Of a stretch of DNA of 64,000 nucleotides, positions 1-13,907 are shown in pieces. Origin of the DNA: Guillardia theta CCMP2712 (lineage: Eukaryota > Protista > Cryptophyta). The stretch is taken from NCBI RefSeq assembly GCF_000315625.1, contig NW_005434520.1, positions 63,489-127,488 on the forward strand. The letters run 5' to 3'. The position numbers and the translations under genes were made by a program. The notes beneath the pieces are model-generated. The model did not search any database and was not told the origin of the DNA. It saw nothing but the letters and a program-made list of their open reading frames with translations. How positions within the stretch are numbered: position 1 is the first letter of the stretch; each line of letters opens with the position of its first letter.

Positions 1-157
1 AGGAAGAGGGCTCCTCGCCGAGTAGGATGATCATGAGGAGGAGGAGAAGGATTCCCATTACACTTCATCAACTTTGCATAAGTTTATACACAAGGGAGGA
101 GAGGAGGGAGGGTGATGCTGTCCCTTCCTCTTCATGTCTGTCGGGGCATGCTGCCCT

Positions 158-1688
158 TCAGTGCGCGCGGGCTGGTGTCGGAGCAGCTGACGCGTCTCCT
201 TCCACCGTGATGGGCTGCTTGGGCTGATCCTCGATGGGGGAGAGAGCAGCCTTCTTGCTGGGCCCCTGCTCCTCCGACTGACTCGCTGCTCGCTTCTTGC
301 CGAAGACTCCGAGGACTTTGACGGGCTCACAGCTCTCAACTTTAGCGAAGCCCTTCGCGTCCTGCTCCTCCTTCTGCCCGCTCAACTCCTTCAGCGCGTC
401 TCCTCCAAACATGTCCTTGGAGCTCCCTTGCCCGGATGCTGCTGCCGGCTCCACCTGAAGCTCCTCCGACTCGACGGTCTGACGGAGATCCTCGGCAATG
501 GCCTCCAGCTCGTTGATCTCGCTCTCGAGCTTCGACCGGGTCATGGATGAAACGCTGCTGCCCTCCAGGCTGCCCCCTTCCGACATCGTCTTCATATTCT
601 TGATCCGGAGCTCGCAGATGTCGATGGCTTTGCGATAGAACTCCATCGCTTGGGGTCTGTTGTTAGTGGATTGAATCATCAGGCACATGCCAAGGTTGTA
701 GTAGATCTCCACAAAGAGCCGGTCGTCAGACAAGCAGACCTGTGGAGGGTATCAGGGTAGCAAAAAGCATACAGCTAGGACAAGGACAAGTATGACGAGG
801 ACGACAACAAGGAAGACGACGAGGAAGAGGAAGAGGATGAGGATGAGGAAGAGGACGACGAAGAGGACGACGAAGAGGACGGGAACCTCTTTGCGGATGT
901 CCAGGCATCGTTGGAAATCGGAGAACGCGAGCTCGAATTGCTCGTTGCGGAGGTTCACATCGCCGAGAAAGCTATACCTGCAGCATGGCATCCATCAACA
1001 CAGCGAGCAGCAGCACGAGGCAGGAGTCACGTGTCAGCCAGCAGAAGCTTGTCGCCATCATGCTTTTCAAATATGGTGCGTGCACAATCGAGCACCTTGA
1101 CATGTCAATGTCAGCATGCACCATCTCAAGGTCAGCATACAAGTCCTACCTCCCAAGCGAGTTGCAGAGGATCTTCTAGCGGCTCTTGAGCTCCTTCCTC
1201 TCCCTTAGAAGTCTCGGGAGCGTCGCCTTCTTCCTCGCCCTTTGCTTCGTCCTCTCCCTCCTCCTCCTCCTCACCGTCTCCTTCTGCTCCCTCCTGCAGG
1301 GAATTTCCTTCGCCGTCTTGTTTCGCCGCACCCGTACAGACTTCTTTCGGAACAGACGCGCCGAAGACGTCTTGTCCTCCCGCGTTCTCTTCCTTGTCTT
1401 CGACTTCTCTCAGGAGAGCTGTGCCATACTGGAGGAGCGACTTCAGATTTCTCCACAGTCGTCTCTGCATCCTTCAAACCTTCAGGTAAACAGGAGCGCA
1501 TTCCAGCGCAAGGTCGCCATAGTAAGCAACAAAGTCTTGCAGCAAGGAGCTGAGAATATCGACAGCCTGCCGAGGCTGTCATAGCCTAACGTTTGTCGCA
1601 AACCAACTACCTCAGAACACTTCTTCTGCTGCAGCAGCCCCGCCGCCTTCTCCAGCAAGGAGTTGTCTGGCTTCTCCGGTTGATCCAT
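158..1688 (-). CDS. NASP: NASP/Sim3/N1N2-type histone H3-H4 chaperone (SHNi-TPR), spliced
   Basis: TPR-like segments across ORF pieces: 'QYGTALL', an acidic insertion (EGDGEEEEEGEDE), 'LQLAWE', the SHNi-TPR motif 'YSFLGDVNLRNEQFELAFSDFQRCLDIRKE' and 'IYYNLGMCL', then a basic tail (KKRAA..PSKK). Several short GT-AG introns, one with a (GAC/GAG)-rich repeat. Confidence 0.85.
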
Positions 1689-1959
1689 TCTCTGTGCAAA
1701 GCACGTCACGTCAAGTCGTCATGACGCATGTCTGTTCGTTGCCTGCACGGGAGCCTCTCTGATGTTCTACAGCAAGGCAGGAGACAACCATCTACGTCCG
1801 ATCAACTTCCTTCTACTCTCTGCTCCCAGCTCGTGCTTGCATCTCTCACCCGTTCTCTCCTCTGCTTCGCTTCTCCTCTACTCCTTCCCCCGGTTCTTGC
1901 ATCAGAGCAGTTTCGCGCGCTTTTCTTGCCCCTCCAGCTGCCGGCCTCATCCCCGAGTC

Positions 1960-3080
1960 CCCCGTGCAGTGACCGGCGCCGGCCAGGCTGCCGCGGCCGG
2001 GCGGCCCGGCCGGGCCTGCCCGGATCGGCCCGGGCCTCGTGACCGTACAACGTGGCTACCGTGACCGCCGAACGGTTCCGACGAAGTTCAGAAGTTCAAC
2101 TGCGGTGCGGCGCGGCCCGGTGCGCCGCCCGGGCCGCGGGGGCGCGGGGCTGGCCCAGGCAGTGTGTGGCCCGGCCTCAGCCTCACACGGCCGCCGGCCG
2201 GGCCCGGGCCGCGGAGCTCCGATCGGACAGCCCGGGGGCCGGCGCCGCGGCCGCAACGGTGCCGCCCCCACGGCCGGGCGCCGCCGGGCGCCCCGCGATC
2301 AACATGATCGGATGTTGGCACCGGATGGTTCGGAAGTTCCGAGCCTGAGCGGCCGGGCAGTTCCAAACAGGCTTGAACGTTTGTGCGGCAGTGACACCGT
2401 GGCATCAGTGACCGTCCGTCACGGGCCAGTGAGTGGCCGCACGGACACTCAGCCGCGGGAGCCTTACCCGGCGGGTTCAACGGTTGCGGTCCGATCGGAC
2501 GGTGGCATTACCCCGTACGGTACTACGCCGGGTAGTTCCGAAGTTCTCAGTCAGTCGGCAAAGGCGGCTTGTAACTCAGTCACTTACAGGCTGATCCTGT
2601 GACCGTGACTGGCAAGTTGACTGGCCGCACTGCAGTCACCGTTTCACCCCCCAGTGACCGTTCGGTGAGTTTCAAGTTTCCGAGGAGCCTGACTGGCAAC
2701 GGTGACCCGGGCCGCGGCCGTCGCAAAGTGCCCCGCCGGGGGCGGGTGATACTGAGTCCCTTTACTCAAAGTTAAGTTACTTCAAAAATCAGTACAAGGA
2801 CAACTTGATCAGGAGAGAGTCGAGGAGGCCCGACCCTCAGGACACTGTCGCACCGTGCAGGCCAAACGGCGAGAAGAGAAAGACAGCGAGAACCAAACCC
2901 AATCCTGCCGACTGCTGTCCGGGCCCTGAGGGGCCTGATCCCGGCGGGCCGGGCGCCGCCCCGGGCCGCCCGGCCCGGCGGAGTCCGAGTCCGTGCACAC
3001 TGTCGTACCCCCGGGCCGACCGTCCGAGACGGACCGACCCCTTTACTCAAAGTTAAGTTAAAAATCAGTACGAGGACAAT
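1960..3080. repeat. Very GC-rich low-complexity intergenic repeat region with two copies of a conserved AT-rich motif
   Basis: Dense CCGG/GGCC/CAGTGACCG words and no credible ORF. The motif ctttactcaaagttaagtta...aaaatcagtac occurs at ~2760 and 3041. A similar GC-rich tract lies at 16860-17640. Confidence 0.6.
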
Positions 3081-4455
3081 CAGGAGAGGACCGACCCATG
3101 CCAGTTTTCAAAGTGAGTTTTGCTGAACTTGAAAATAAAAAGATTGTTTTTAATCACTACCACAGCTAAAACTATCTGTACTGGCCCCCTCCTGGTACAA
3201 ATCATCAATAACTAATGTAAAAGTAGCAAATCGTTGCGACCCCTGCAATCTGATCGAATCTCAACTTCTCTCGACTTGAGATTGATCCTGAGATTTCACT
3301 TATCTGTACTCTAGTCACAAGGTCGCTGTCATCACTGTGCCCGGTTACCACCCCCAAATATTCTATACCCAACCCGTTGAACCCCTTCAACTGAGATCCC
3401 AAGTTCTCTTCTGAAATGACCAGGTCCTTAATATTCACGGAATCTTCCACCACCCACCCCTACCCTATATCTCGACGTCACGCGGTCTATTGTAGTGAAG
3501 TAAAATGGATCGTTTGGAAAAGAGGTAGAGGGGAATCTGAGTTACAAGGGGGTGGGGTTCCAATTGGATACGTCGAGAATCCCTCCATAGGTGGGGTCAT
3601 AGAAAAGAAACTTTGAGGCAATCGAAGGGTGAGGTTATAGATTTGTGTCTGAGGTGGGGGTAGGGAGTAGGATGGACCCGGAAGTGTGGGGGTACTGTCA
3701 CCAACTAATCTCGAGATTGCGTTTAAATCGTGTGAATAATCGGGGGGTGGGGTAATGCCTAGTACCATGCAGGGAGGTGCTTTCTGGTCGCCAGGGAGGG
3801 GGTCCCTCGTGATAAACCTGTGGTGTCAAATTGGGTGGTGGTACACGGGGTACAACATTCCTGGTAGGGTCGTATTTGACCTTGAGAGCACGGGTAGTTG
3901 GGTGGAGATGTGAGGGAGCATGGCGTAGCTGTGCATGAGGAGCGCAGAGAGGGTAATGGCGTGGGCTTGGCAGGAAAGAGGAGAGTCATGGGCGGTAGAA
4001 GCATCTCACCTTGCATGCATGAGTGCTTCTCGAACAATGTAGCAGGTTGGCATGATGAAGGTTTATGGTCACTTTCACATCGAAACTATGACTGCTCTAG
4101 TCCGTCTCCTAGCATGCATTCGCCTTTTAAATTTAACATGAGAATATGCACGAGAATGAGTTAGACAATCTGATGTTTTCCAAGTGCGATGGTTGACATG
4201 AATTGCATCATTACAAGTAGTGCTGATAAAGATTGGAACACGATCTCACTGATCGTTGCATTAACCTAATAGGGGTTCGTCCTTAGATAGCCATACAGCC
4301 AACAATTTTCATATAGAAAGACAGCGATGTTTCACAATCTTGTGTAGCTAACTATTTGTAGGTACAAGGTCGGCCAGATGAATTGTGCAAGTGATTCTCA
4401 GGTAATTGTTGTCGGTATGGTAAAATTCTAAACGCCAGAGAAAACGAATTAAGCA

Positions 4456-7400
4456 ATGTTTCCATTTCTCAAAGGCATCTTGGATCAAGACGAAGATAGG
4501 CTGAAACAGGTCTCAGAAGAGAAAGAGGCTCTGCAGAAGCAAGTGGACATTCTCAGCTTGAAGCTGCAGAACATCTCTTCCCACATGTGCTCTCACCATG
4601 ACTCTGAGGATGCATTACAAAAATTTATAAACACAGCAAATATTCCCATCTGCGGATTCAATGCAGAATTGTCAATCGTACAGTTTAATGCAAAAGCTGA
4701 GGAGATTATGAAAGTCAAGAAATATCAAGTTATTGGTGAGCCCATCCTGGAAGCATTTCCACTTGACCCCGTGAGCAAAGAGCATGTAAAACCATTTGCT
4801 GTTGTGTTTCACTCGCACTCACTTGTTTATTCAGCTGACCAAACTGTGCAAGGAAGCATGGGAGGGTAAGGAAACTCGTGACTTTGAATTCTCAACATTG
4901 ACCGGCAATGGAGAGAACATCGATTTGCTTATCAATTTCTCTCCCAGGACGGGTGAACATGGCGAAATTGTGGAAGTCCTTGGCATTGCCCAAGACATCA
5001 CAGCTCGAAAAAGACTTCAAGACCAGATGGAAAAGGCTACTGAAGATGCGAAACGTCTTGTAGAAGAAAAGGAAATGGTTGCGAAACAGTGGGAAGCTTT
5101 CATCCAGACAGCAACAGCGCCGATCATTGGAATAGATTCAAACGGTGACATCAGTCATTGGAATGACAAAGCCGCTGAGCTGACAGGATTTGATACAAAT
5201 GAGGTCCTTGGTAAGCCACTATTTGATGGATATGTCAAACAATCATCAAGAGCCAGCGTGAAGATCGTGTTTACGAATGCTCTCCATGGCATCGTCAGTG
5301 GAAATTTTGAGTGTCCTTTGCAGGGCAAAGAAGGAAATTTTTTAGACTTGTTGCTCAATTGCACTCCCCACCGTGACGTTAGTGGAAATGTTATTGGAGT
5401 CATCGCGGTTGGTCAAGATATCACTGAGAGGAAGAAGGTGGAGCAAGAGAAATCTCGAGTTGTTCAGGAGCTACAATCCTTCATTGACACTGCGAATGCT
5501 CCGATCTTTGGTATTGATGTAGAGGGATACTTGAACGAATGGAATAACAAGGCAGCTCAAATCACTGGATTTTCTCGTGATGACGTTCTAGGGTGCAACT
5601 TTGTGGAAGATTTGATTGATGTTGCCTACCATAGCAGTTTGCAAGCTGTCCTCGATGACGCCTTGAGAGGAAAGGAAACGGTAAATTTCGAGTTTCCTTT
5701 CTATACGCAAAAAAATCGCAAACTCAACTTGCTTTTGAACGTGACTGCACGTAAAGATATTAATGGAGCTATTATTGGTGTGATCGGTGTAGCCCAAGAC
5801 GTCACGGACCGTACCGTAGCAGAACAAGAAAAGATACGTGTTGCTCAAGAATTACAGTCCTTCATTGACACGGCGAACGCCCCCATCTTCGGTATCGACG
5901 CGAACGGGCTTGTGAACGAGTGGAACAACAAGGCGGCGGAGATCACGGGCTTCTCGAGGGAGGAGGTGATGGGAAAGAGCCTTGTTGACGAGTACATCAC
6001 GGACGAGTATCGGGCGTCAGTTACTGAAGTACTAGACAACGCTCTACAGGGTCGCGAGGCGGCGAACTTCGAGTTCCCCCTGTACACGAAGGACGAGAGG
6101 AGGGTGGAGGTGCTGCTCAACGCCACGACACGAAGGGACGTGAGCGGGCGGGTTGTCGGAGTGATCGGGGTCGGGCAGGACATCACCGAGAGGAAGCAGG
6201 TTGAGATTGAAAAGACCCGAGTGGCGCAGGAGCTGCAGACTTTCATCGACACGGCGAACGCCCCCATCTTCGGCATTGACGCGAACGGGCTTGTGAACGA
6301 GTGGAACAACAAGGCGGCGGAGATCACTGGCTTCTCGAGGGAGGAGGTGATGGGGCAGAGCCTTGTCGATGTGTACATCACGGACGAGTATCGGGCGTCG
6401 GTGAAAGCGGTACTAGACAACGCTCTACAGGGTCGCGAGGCGGCGAACTTCGAGTTCCCCCTGTACACGAAGGACGAGAGGAGGGTGGAGGTGCTGCTCA
6501 ACGCCACGACACGAAGGGACGTGAGCGGGCGGGTTGTCGGAGTGATCGGGGTCGGGCAGGACATCACCGAAAGGAAATGGGCGGAGGAAGAGATGACTCG
6601 AGTGGCGCAGGAGCTGCAGACTTTCATCGACACGGCGAACGCCCCCATCTTCGGTATCGACGCGAACGGGCTTGTGAACGAGTGGAACAACAAGGCGGCG
6701 GAGATCACTGGCTTCTCGAGGGAGGAGGTGATGGGGCAGAGCCTGGTTGACGAGTATATTACAGACGAGTATCGGGCGTCGGTGAAAGCGGTACTAGACA
6801 ACGCTCTACAGGGTCGCGAGGCGGCGAACTTCGAGTTCCCCCTGTACACGAAGGACGAAAGGAGGGTGGAGGTGCTGCTCAACGCCACGACACGAAGGGA
6901 CGTCAGTGGATGTGTGATTGGAGTGATCGGGGTCGGGCAGGACATCACCGAAAGGAAATGGGCGGAGGAAGAGATGACCCGAGTGGCGCAGGAGCTGCAG
7001 ACTTTCATCGACACGGCGAACGCTCCCATCTTCGGCATCGACGCGAACGGGCTTGTGAACGAGTGGAACAACAAGGCGGCGGAGATCACTGGCTTCTCGA
7101 GGGAGGAGGTGATGGGGCAGAGCCTGGTTGACGAGTATATTACGGACGAGTATCGGGCGTCAGTTACTGAAGTACTAGAAAACGCTCTACAGGGTCGCGA
7201 GGCGGCGAACTTCGAGTTCCCCCTGTACACGAAGGACGAGAGGAGGGTGGAGGTGCTGCTCAACGCCACGACACGAAGGGACGTCAATGGAAACGTTGTT
7301 GGAGTGATCGGGGTCGGGCAGGACATCACCGAGAGGAAGCAAGCAGAGCAAGAAAAGACCCGAGTGGCGCAGGAGCTGCAGACTTTCATCGACACGGCGA

Positions 7401-10400
7401 ACGCCCCCATCTTCGGTATAGATGCTCTTGGACGGGTAAATGAATGGAACAACAAGGCAGCTGATATTACGGGCTTCTCGAGTGATGAAGTTGTTGGGCG
7501 AGACTTGGTTCAGGACTTTATTACTGAGGAGTATCAGATTTCTGTCAAAGAGGTGTTTGACAATGCACTCAAGGGAAAAGAGGCGGCGAACTTCGAGTTC
7601 CCCCTGTACACGAAGGATAAAAGAAGAGTGGAGGTGCTGCTCAACGCCACGACACGAAGGGACGTGAGCGGGCGGGTCATTGGAGTCATTGGGGTCGGGC
7701 AGGACATCACCGAGAGGAAGCAGGTTGAGATTGAAAAGACCCGAGTGGCGCAGGAGCTGCAGACTTTCATCGACACGGCGAACGCTCCCATCTTCGGCAT
7801 CGACGCGAACGGGCTTGTGAACGAGTGGAACAACAAGGCGGCGGAGATCACGGGCTTCTCGAGGGAGGAGGTGATGGGGCAGAGCCTTGTCGATGTGTAC
7901 ATCACGGACGAGTATCGGGCGTCGGTGAAAGCGGTACTAGACAATGCTCTACAGGGTCGCGAGGCGGCGAACTTCGAGTTTCCTCTCTTCACCAAGGATA
8001 AGCAACGAGTTGAGGTGCTGCTGAACGCGACCTCGAGACGTGACGTGACAGGAAAGATTATCGGAGTGATCGGGGTCGGGCAGGATATTACCGAGATGCG
8101 TAGGCTGATGAACCAGGAGACTTTGTTCACTCAAGCTCAGGCAGCCAATGAAGCAAAATCTCAATTCCTGGCGAACATGTCTCATGAGATGCGAACGCCT
8201 TTGAACGTTATTATGGGCATGTGCCAATTGATCTTGGATACAAAACTCTCTGCTGAAGCTCGAAAATTTACAGAGCAGATCATGACGTCGTCAGAAGCGT
8301 TGTTATTCCTTATCAATGAAATTCTGGATCTTACAAAGATTGAAGCTGGGCAGCTGGAGCTCTCAAATATGAACTTTGATTTGCGACAAGTGCTTGAGGA
8401 TACGGTTGACTCTGTGGCTTCGAGAGCTTTGAAGAAAGGCCTTGAGATTTGTTCGTTTCTGGACCCAGACAACTCAACGTCGGTCAATGGAGATCCAGAT
8501 CGTCTGAGACAGATATTGCTCAATCTGCTTTCTAATGCGATCAAATTCACAAAGAATGGTCAAGTCTATGTGTTGGTGGAAACCGAAGAAGTGACCAATT
8601 CGCACGTTACCTTCAGGTTCAAAGTCTATGATTCTGGCATCGGAATCTCAGAAAAAGGACAGAAGAAATTGTTTGGACGTTTTTCGCAAGTCGACTCTTC
8701 GACAACTCGCGAGTTTGGTGGAACTGGGCTGGGACTTGCAATCTCGAAAGAGTTTGCTGAACTCATGAATGGCTCCATGGGCGTGCACAGCACTCCTGGT
8801 GTCGGATCTCTCTTTTGGTTCACCGCAATGTTCCAACGTCGACCGGATGAGCGTCCGGCATACTGCATCACCTCAGGCCATGTGATGAACGCGTTGCTTA
8901 TTGCCAAGAATGAGACTCTACGTAATTCTGTTCTCCGATTGTTGGAGGCCCTGGGTGTGAATGTGTCGGCCGTTGAAAGCACTGCCAAGCTGCCCAACAA
9001 CCTCCAGCAGTTCCAAGTGGTCATTATTTGTCCTGCTGCGTCGAACGACGAAGGACTAAGCCTTGCGACATCGCCTGACATTGTCAAGAACGGGGATGAC
9101 TTGAACTCGTCAAGGAATTTCCTTAATCGCGTGGCTCAAGATTACTCTTCAGTGCGTACCATCTTGCTCTGCCCCCTTACGCAGTTGAGTCAAGCCTCGG
9201 ACTGCCGCAAGATTGCCAACTGCTCAGTCGTCAGTCGCCCTGTCCGGCTCTCCACGCTCTGCGAGGTTCTATCTCAAGAGGGCTCACAAGAGGAGTTTGG
9301 TATGTCGTCGAAAAGCCTCAGCCAGCGTGAGATGGATACCATCCCGGAAGAGCCTTCGGAGCTCAGTAACCTCTGCTTGTTTTGCCGCATTCTCCACTTA
9401 CATCCTTTGCAGAGTTGTTGATCGCGATCTCAAATGATTCCCAGAGGATGGTCGCAAAAGCCATTCTAACCAGAGAGATGTACGTTCAGGAAGGTTGCCG
9501 TGTTCATGCTGAGCCTGCCGCAGGTACAAATGTACAGTCGTTACTAAAGCTGAAGAGTTCTCTGGCTCCATCAAACAAACCAAGGAAGGGTGGAACCATG
9601 ACGTCGTCTTTCTAGAATTGTCAAAAGGCAACGACAAGGTGAAAACGAAGCAGCAATTTACCTTGAGACGCTCACTGTTATGGGTTTGCCAGCTCCAGCC
9701 AGTCTTGGAAACCTTGCGGCGTATTCGCGAGATCGAAAACAATTGCTCGATATCAAAGGTCTTTGTTTCTCATGTCTTCGCAATTCCTCCTTACTGTCTT
9801 GCAGAAATTGTTCGTTGTTGGAGTACTTTCCGGCAAAGAATCAAACACTAACGAGGAGGTGCCTGACGGTGTTGACGTGTGTTTGAACATGCCGCTGGAA
9901 AGGTCATCAATCACAGAGGCCATGCAAGGAATCATGCGTCAACGGCGTTCCGCTTCTATTGATGCTGCAATGTGTGGAAAATCTTCAGAGAATGGTTTGC
10001 ACCGTCAAGTGCGAGTGCTGGTTGTCGATGACGACTATGGGCAACGTGCTGTCTTGAAGGCGATGCTGCAGAAGGAAGGCTTTGATGTCGAAGTGGCAGA
10101 AGACGGCGATCAAGCAGTCAAAGCCGTGTTGAGGGTTCCATACGATGTCGTCCTGATGGACGGGTTCATGCCGAACAAGACAGGCTGGGAGGCAACGGTT
10201 GACATCCGCAAGGAAGAGAGCAAGTTTCCAGACAAGAGGAGAGTTGTGATCATCGGTGTCACTGGAGCCACATCAAAGGATGATGAGACCAAGTGCTTCG
10301 AGTCAGGCATGACCGACGTCATCTCCAAACCTGTCAAGCGCGAAGCCTTAACGGCTAAGATCCGACAGTGGACGAAAGACATTGGGGGAGGCGCTCCAGA

Positions 10401-11592
10401 GGTCTTGAATCCCTCAAAACCCTTTTCTAGCCCATGCCCTTGCAATGACCCCAAGGTTCTCATCCTCAGCAAAGATAGAGCTAACAGGATTGTGCTGAAG
10501 AAGATCCTCAGTAATGTGCAGTTCAAGAGCGAATGTGTCGAGTCAGCCGAGAACTATATGAAGCTGCTGGACATTGGCGGGATTGATTGCATCTTTATGG
10601 AGTCTAACGCGGATTACGAAATCTTCGGTTTGCTTCAAGAGACCAGACAGCTGCTGGACTCAGGCCGTAAATCAAAGTTTCCCATCTTCGCCATTACCTC
10701 TGAGAGCGACGAGAGCACGTATTGCGCAAGTCTTGATGGTTTGCATATCTGAACATTCTTGTTTCCTTCAGGTTTGTGTCGAGAGGCTTCACCAACATCA
10801 TCCGCAAACCCTTCGACAAAGCTTCCATCGTCTCCTTGATGGAGGAGTACGTGACTTCCCCAGAGCAGAAGGAGAATGAGAACCTCGAGCTGGCTCAGGT
10901 CAACCAGGTCGCCAACGGCAAGGCGAAGGGGGTAAGACTGCATGTGGAGGAGCGGCAGGTGAGGCTGACGGGAGATGGCAGGCAAACATCCTGATAGTTG
11001 AGGACCACTGGGCCAACCGGAGGCTGCTGGAGGCGATGCTGATCAAGCAGGGACACACGATGGAGGCTGTTGAGAACGGGCTGGAGGCCGTCAATATCAC
11101 AGGCTCCCGCAAGTATGACGTGATCCTCATGGATTGCAACATGCCCATCATGGACGGCTGGCAGGTACGAGTTGACTTGTGGTGATGGTGATACGGTTGG
11201 ACTCGAGATGGGAGCGGGGGAGGGAAAGGAAGAGAAGTGGGGAGGGGGGTTGAAAGGAAGAGAAGGGGGGAGTGGGGAGGGAGGATGAGGCTCGTTTTGC
11301 TTCAGGCGTCTTCCAAGATCCGACAGAAGGAAGGGCCCAACCAGAAGACGCCCATCATTGCGGTGACGGCGAACGCCATGAAGGTGAAGAAGGCGGCAGG
11401 AGATGCGGGACTTTTGACGGGGAGCAGGGGGACCGAGAGAAATGCCTCGCTGCGGGGATGGATGATTACATCAGCAAACCCGTCGATCGCAAACGACTCG
11501 AGGTAAAATGAAAGATGAGCGAAAGGAGGACAACGTTGACGTATGTGCAGGAGCTGATCTTCAAGTGGACCACGAAGGCGAGCAAGAGGTGA
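4456..11592 (+). CDS. Hybrid sensor histidine kinase: 9 PAS/PAC repeats, HisKA, HATPase_c, multiple receiver domains (spliced; start approximate)
   Basis: Nine PAS units (FIDTANAPIFGID...GQDITE). H-box FLANMSHEMRTPLN, N-box QILLNLLSNAIKFT, G1 DSGIGI, G2 GGTGLGL. Intact receivers 'VLVVDDD...DVVLMDGFMP...ISKP' and 'ILIVEDH...DVILMDCNMPIMDG...TANAM..GDREKCLAAGMDDYISKP'. Short introns, e.g. 4786-4834. Confidence 0.95.
5861..8095 (+). repeat. Intragenic tandem array of 381-bp (127-aa) PAS units
   Basis: The unit start ttcat(t/c)gacacggcgaacgc recurs at 5861, 6242 and 6623 (period 381) and onward. Units are near-identical at the DNA level. Confidence 0.95.
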
Positions 11593-11899
11593 GCTGTGCA
11601 TTCCTTGTCTCACGAGCTCTCGTGATTTTGTTGGACCTGAGCAGTTGATCTCTCCATCAAGACTCGTTGGGTCACGGCGAGTCAGCGCCATGAGCAAACG
11701 AGAAATACTGTACGATAGTCGATGCTGTTGTAGTCTAGTGTTGAATCATAAAGAGGTGCCTCCTGCTATCACTCCAGCCCCTCTCCTCTCCCATCTTCCT
11801 CTCCTCTTCCCCTTCCCCCTCTCTCCTCCCCTCAACGCGCTTCAGCCTCGCTCGCTCGCCTGGCCCGTTCGTACCATTCCTGCGAGGACACTGAAAGAT

Positions 11900-12133
11900 G
11901 CTCAGAGGAAGGGAAACAGCACCTCAGCTGCTGTCTTGTTGCAGGCAACTGCTCGTCCTGTCTCGTACAGTTCGCCGAGTGACTCCATGGCCTACACGCG
12001 CGTCAGGGAGCGAAAGAAGAGGAGGGGAAGCAAGTACTAGATCGCATCCGTTGTCTGCTGCCTTGCGGAGCCAGGACACCCCCTTCGCCTCATCCTGCTG
12101 TCACAGTCAAACTTAAAGATCATTCTACTGTCT

Positions 12134-12223
<90 letters not shown>

Positions 12224-13776
12224 GCCCTCCCACTCTCTTTGCCTTGGTCAAACTTCCGAGCCCGTCGAGCCAGCAGATCGCAAGGTTGTACTGAGCCAAG
12301 GGATGATCCTTGCTGGCAGCCTGCTGGCCTAGTCAGATGAGGTTTTGATGCTCATCAAGTTTGCGCCTTGCGGAAGAAGTCAAGTGACTTCTTAGGGTCT
12401 GATGGCAGGCCGTAGGAGGCGTTGGAGTACAAAATTCCCAGCTTGAACTGAGCCTCTGCATCCCCCTCCGGCACATGTCACGCTCTCTTGAGCCCCCTCC
12501 CCCCCCCCCTCACCATCCGCGATGCCTCCAGGAGCAGCTCAAGTCCTGCCTGGCGAGCTCTGGATCAGCTGGAGAAGACAGAGAGAAAGTGGAGGGGAGG
12601 AGAGGAGGGGAGGGGGGGAGGGACCTGGGGGTCTCGCTCGACTCCTTGGGCCTTGAAGTACTTGAGGCCTAGGATCGTGTGGGCCGGACGATCTCCCAAC
12701 TTGACGGCCTGCGAGAAGAATGAGAGAGAAAGAGAGAGAGAGGAGGGGACACAAAGAATGTCGGCGACAGGAAGGGAGGCAGACTCAAATGGTCAAAGGA
12801 CGAGGACGAGGAGGAGGAGGAGGAGGAGGAGGAGGAGGAGGAGGAGGAGGAGGAGGAGGAGGAGGAAGGAGAAGGGTTTAGGGAAGAGAATGAGAATGAG
12901 ATATGGAAGAAGAGGAAAACAGTCGAGGGGAGAAGTGAGGAGGGGAATGAAGTAACCTCTCTCAAGAAGTGGATCGCCTTGGAGTTATCCTGTCGCGTAG
13001 ATCAGAAATTAGGAGGAAGAATGAAGAGGAAGGAACGGAGGACCTGAGGTACTCCATCGCCTGACTCGTACATGATAGCAAGGTTTCGCTGTAAGAAGCA
13101 AAAAAGCGTCAGCCTCCTCCTCTCGCTTCAGTTTCATCACATTGGCTTTTGCAGAGCCTCTGCTCGCAGCAAACGTGTAGGCGCGGATCGCTTCCACCTT
13201 GTTCTAACAAGCAAGAAGTGTGAGGATACTAAAGAAAAATGGGAGGGAGGAAGGGAGGGAGGGAGGGAGGGAGGGAGGGAGGATGCAGAATGGTACAGAG
13301 CATAAGAAAAAGCAACTTGAGAAGCGGCAGCGAGGAGGAGGAGGAGGAGTAGGAAGGGGAGGGGGGAGGGGGGCTTTGGAAGCAGAGCACCCGCGGACAT
13401 CCAAGGCCGTTAAATAGACACCATCCATAAGCAAGAGATGCGTCGACTGTATGCAGTCAAAGTCAAGTAGTGACCCTGTCGCATCCCATCCCTTCGCTTC
13501 CTCTCCTTGTCTCTCATCTTCCATCCTCTCCCTCCCTCCCTCCTTCCTTCCTCACCATCTCCCTCCTCCGCGGCGTGTTTGAAGAGCTCGCTGGCCTTGA
13601 CCTGATGTAGATAAATTCTCCTCCTCCCCTTCTCGCATGCACACCTTGTCTATCTTCTTCACGCCGATGCCTGAGAACAGTCGGAGACCAAATTCATACT
13701 GCAGAAGCAAAATCATCTATCTTCCCGCTCTCTTATTCCCATCAGCTCTCCTCCTCTGCACAACCAAACGTTTTTA

Positions 13777-13856
<80 letters not shown>

Positions 13857-13857
13857 G

Positions 13858-13907
<50 letters not shown>

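Noticed and set aside
1762-3056. Arg/Gly/Pro-rich ORFs here and at 16833-17613
   Set aside because: Artefacts of extreme GC content.
5845-8130. Long minus-strand ORFs (536 and 198 aa)
   Set aside because: Antisense shadows of the GC-rich PAS repeats.
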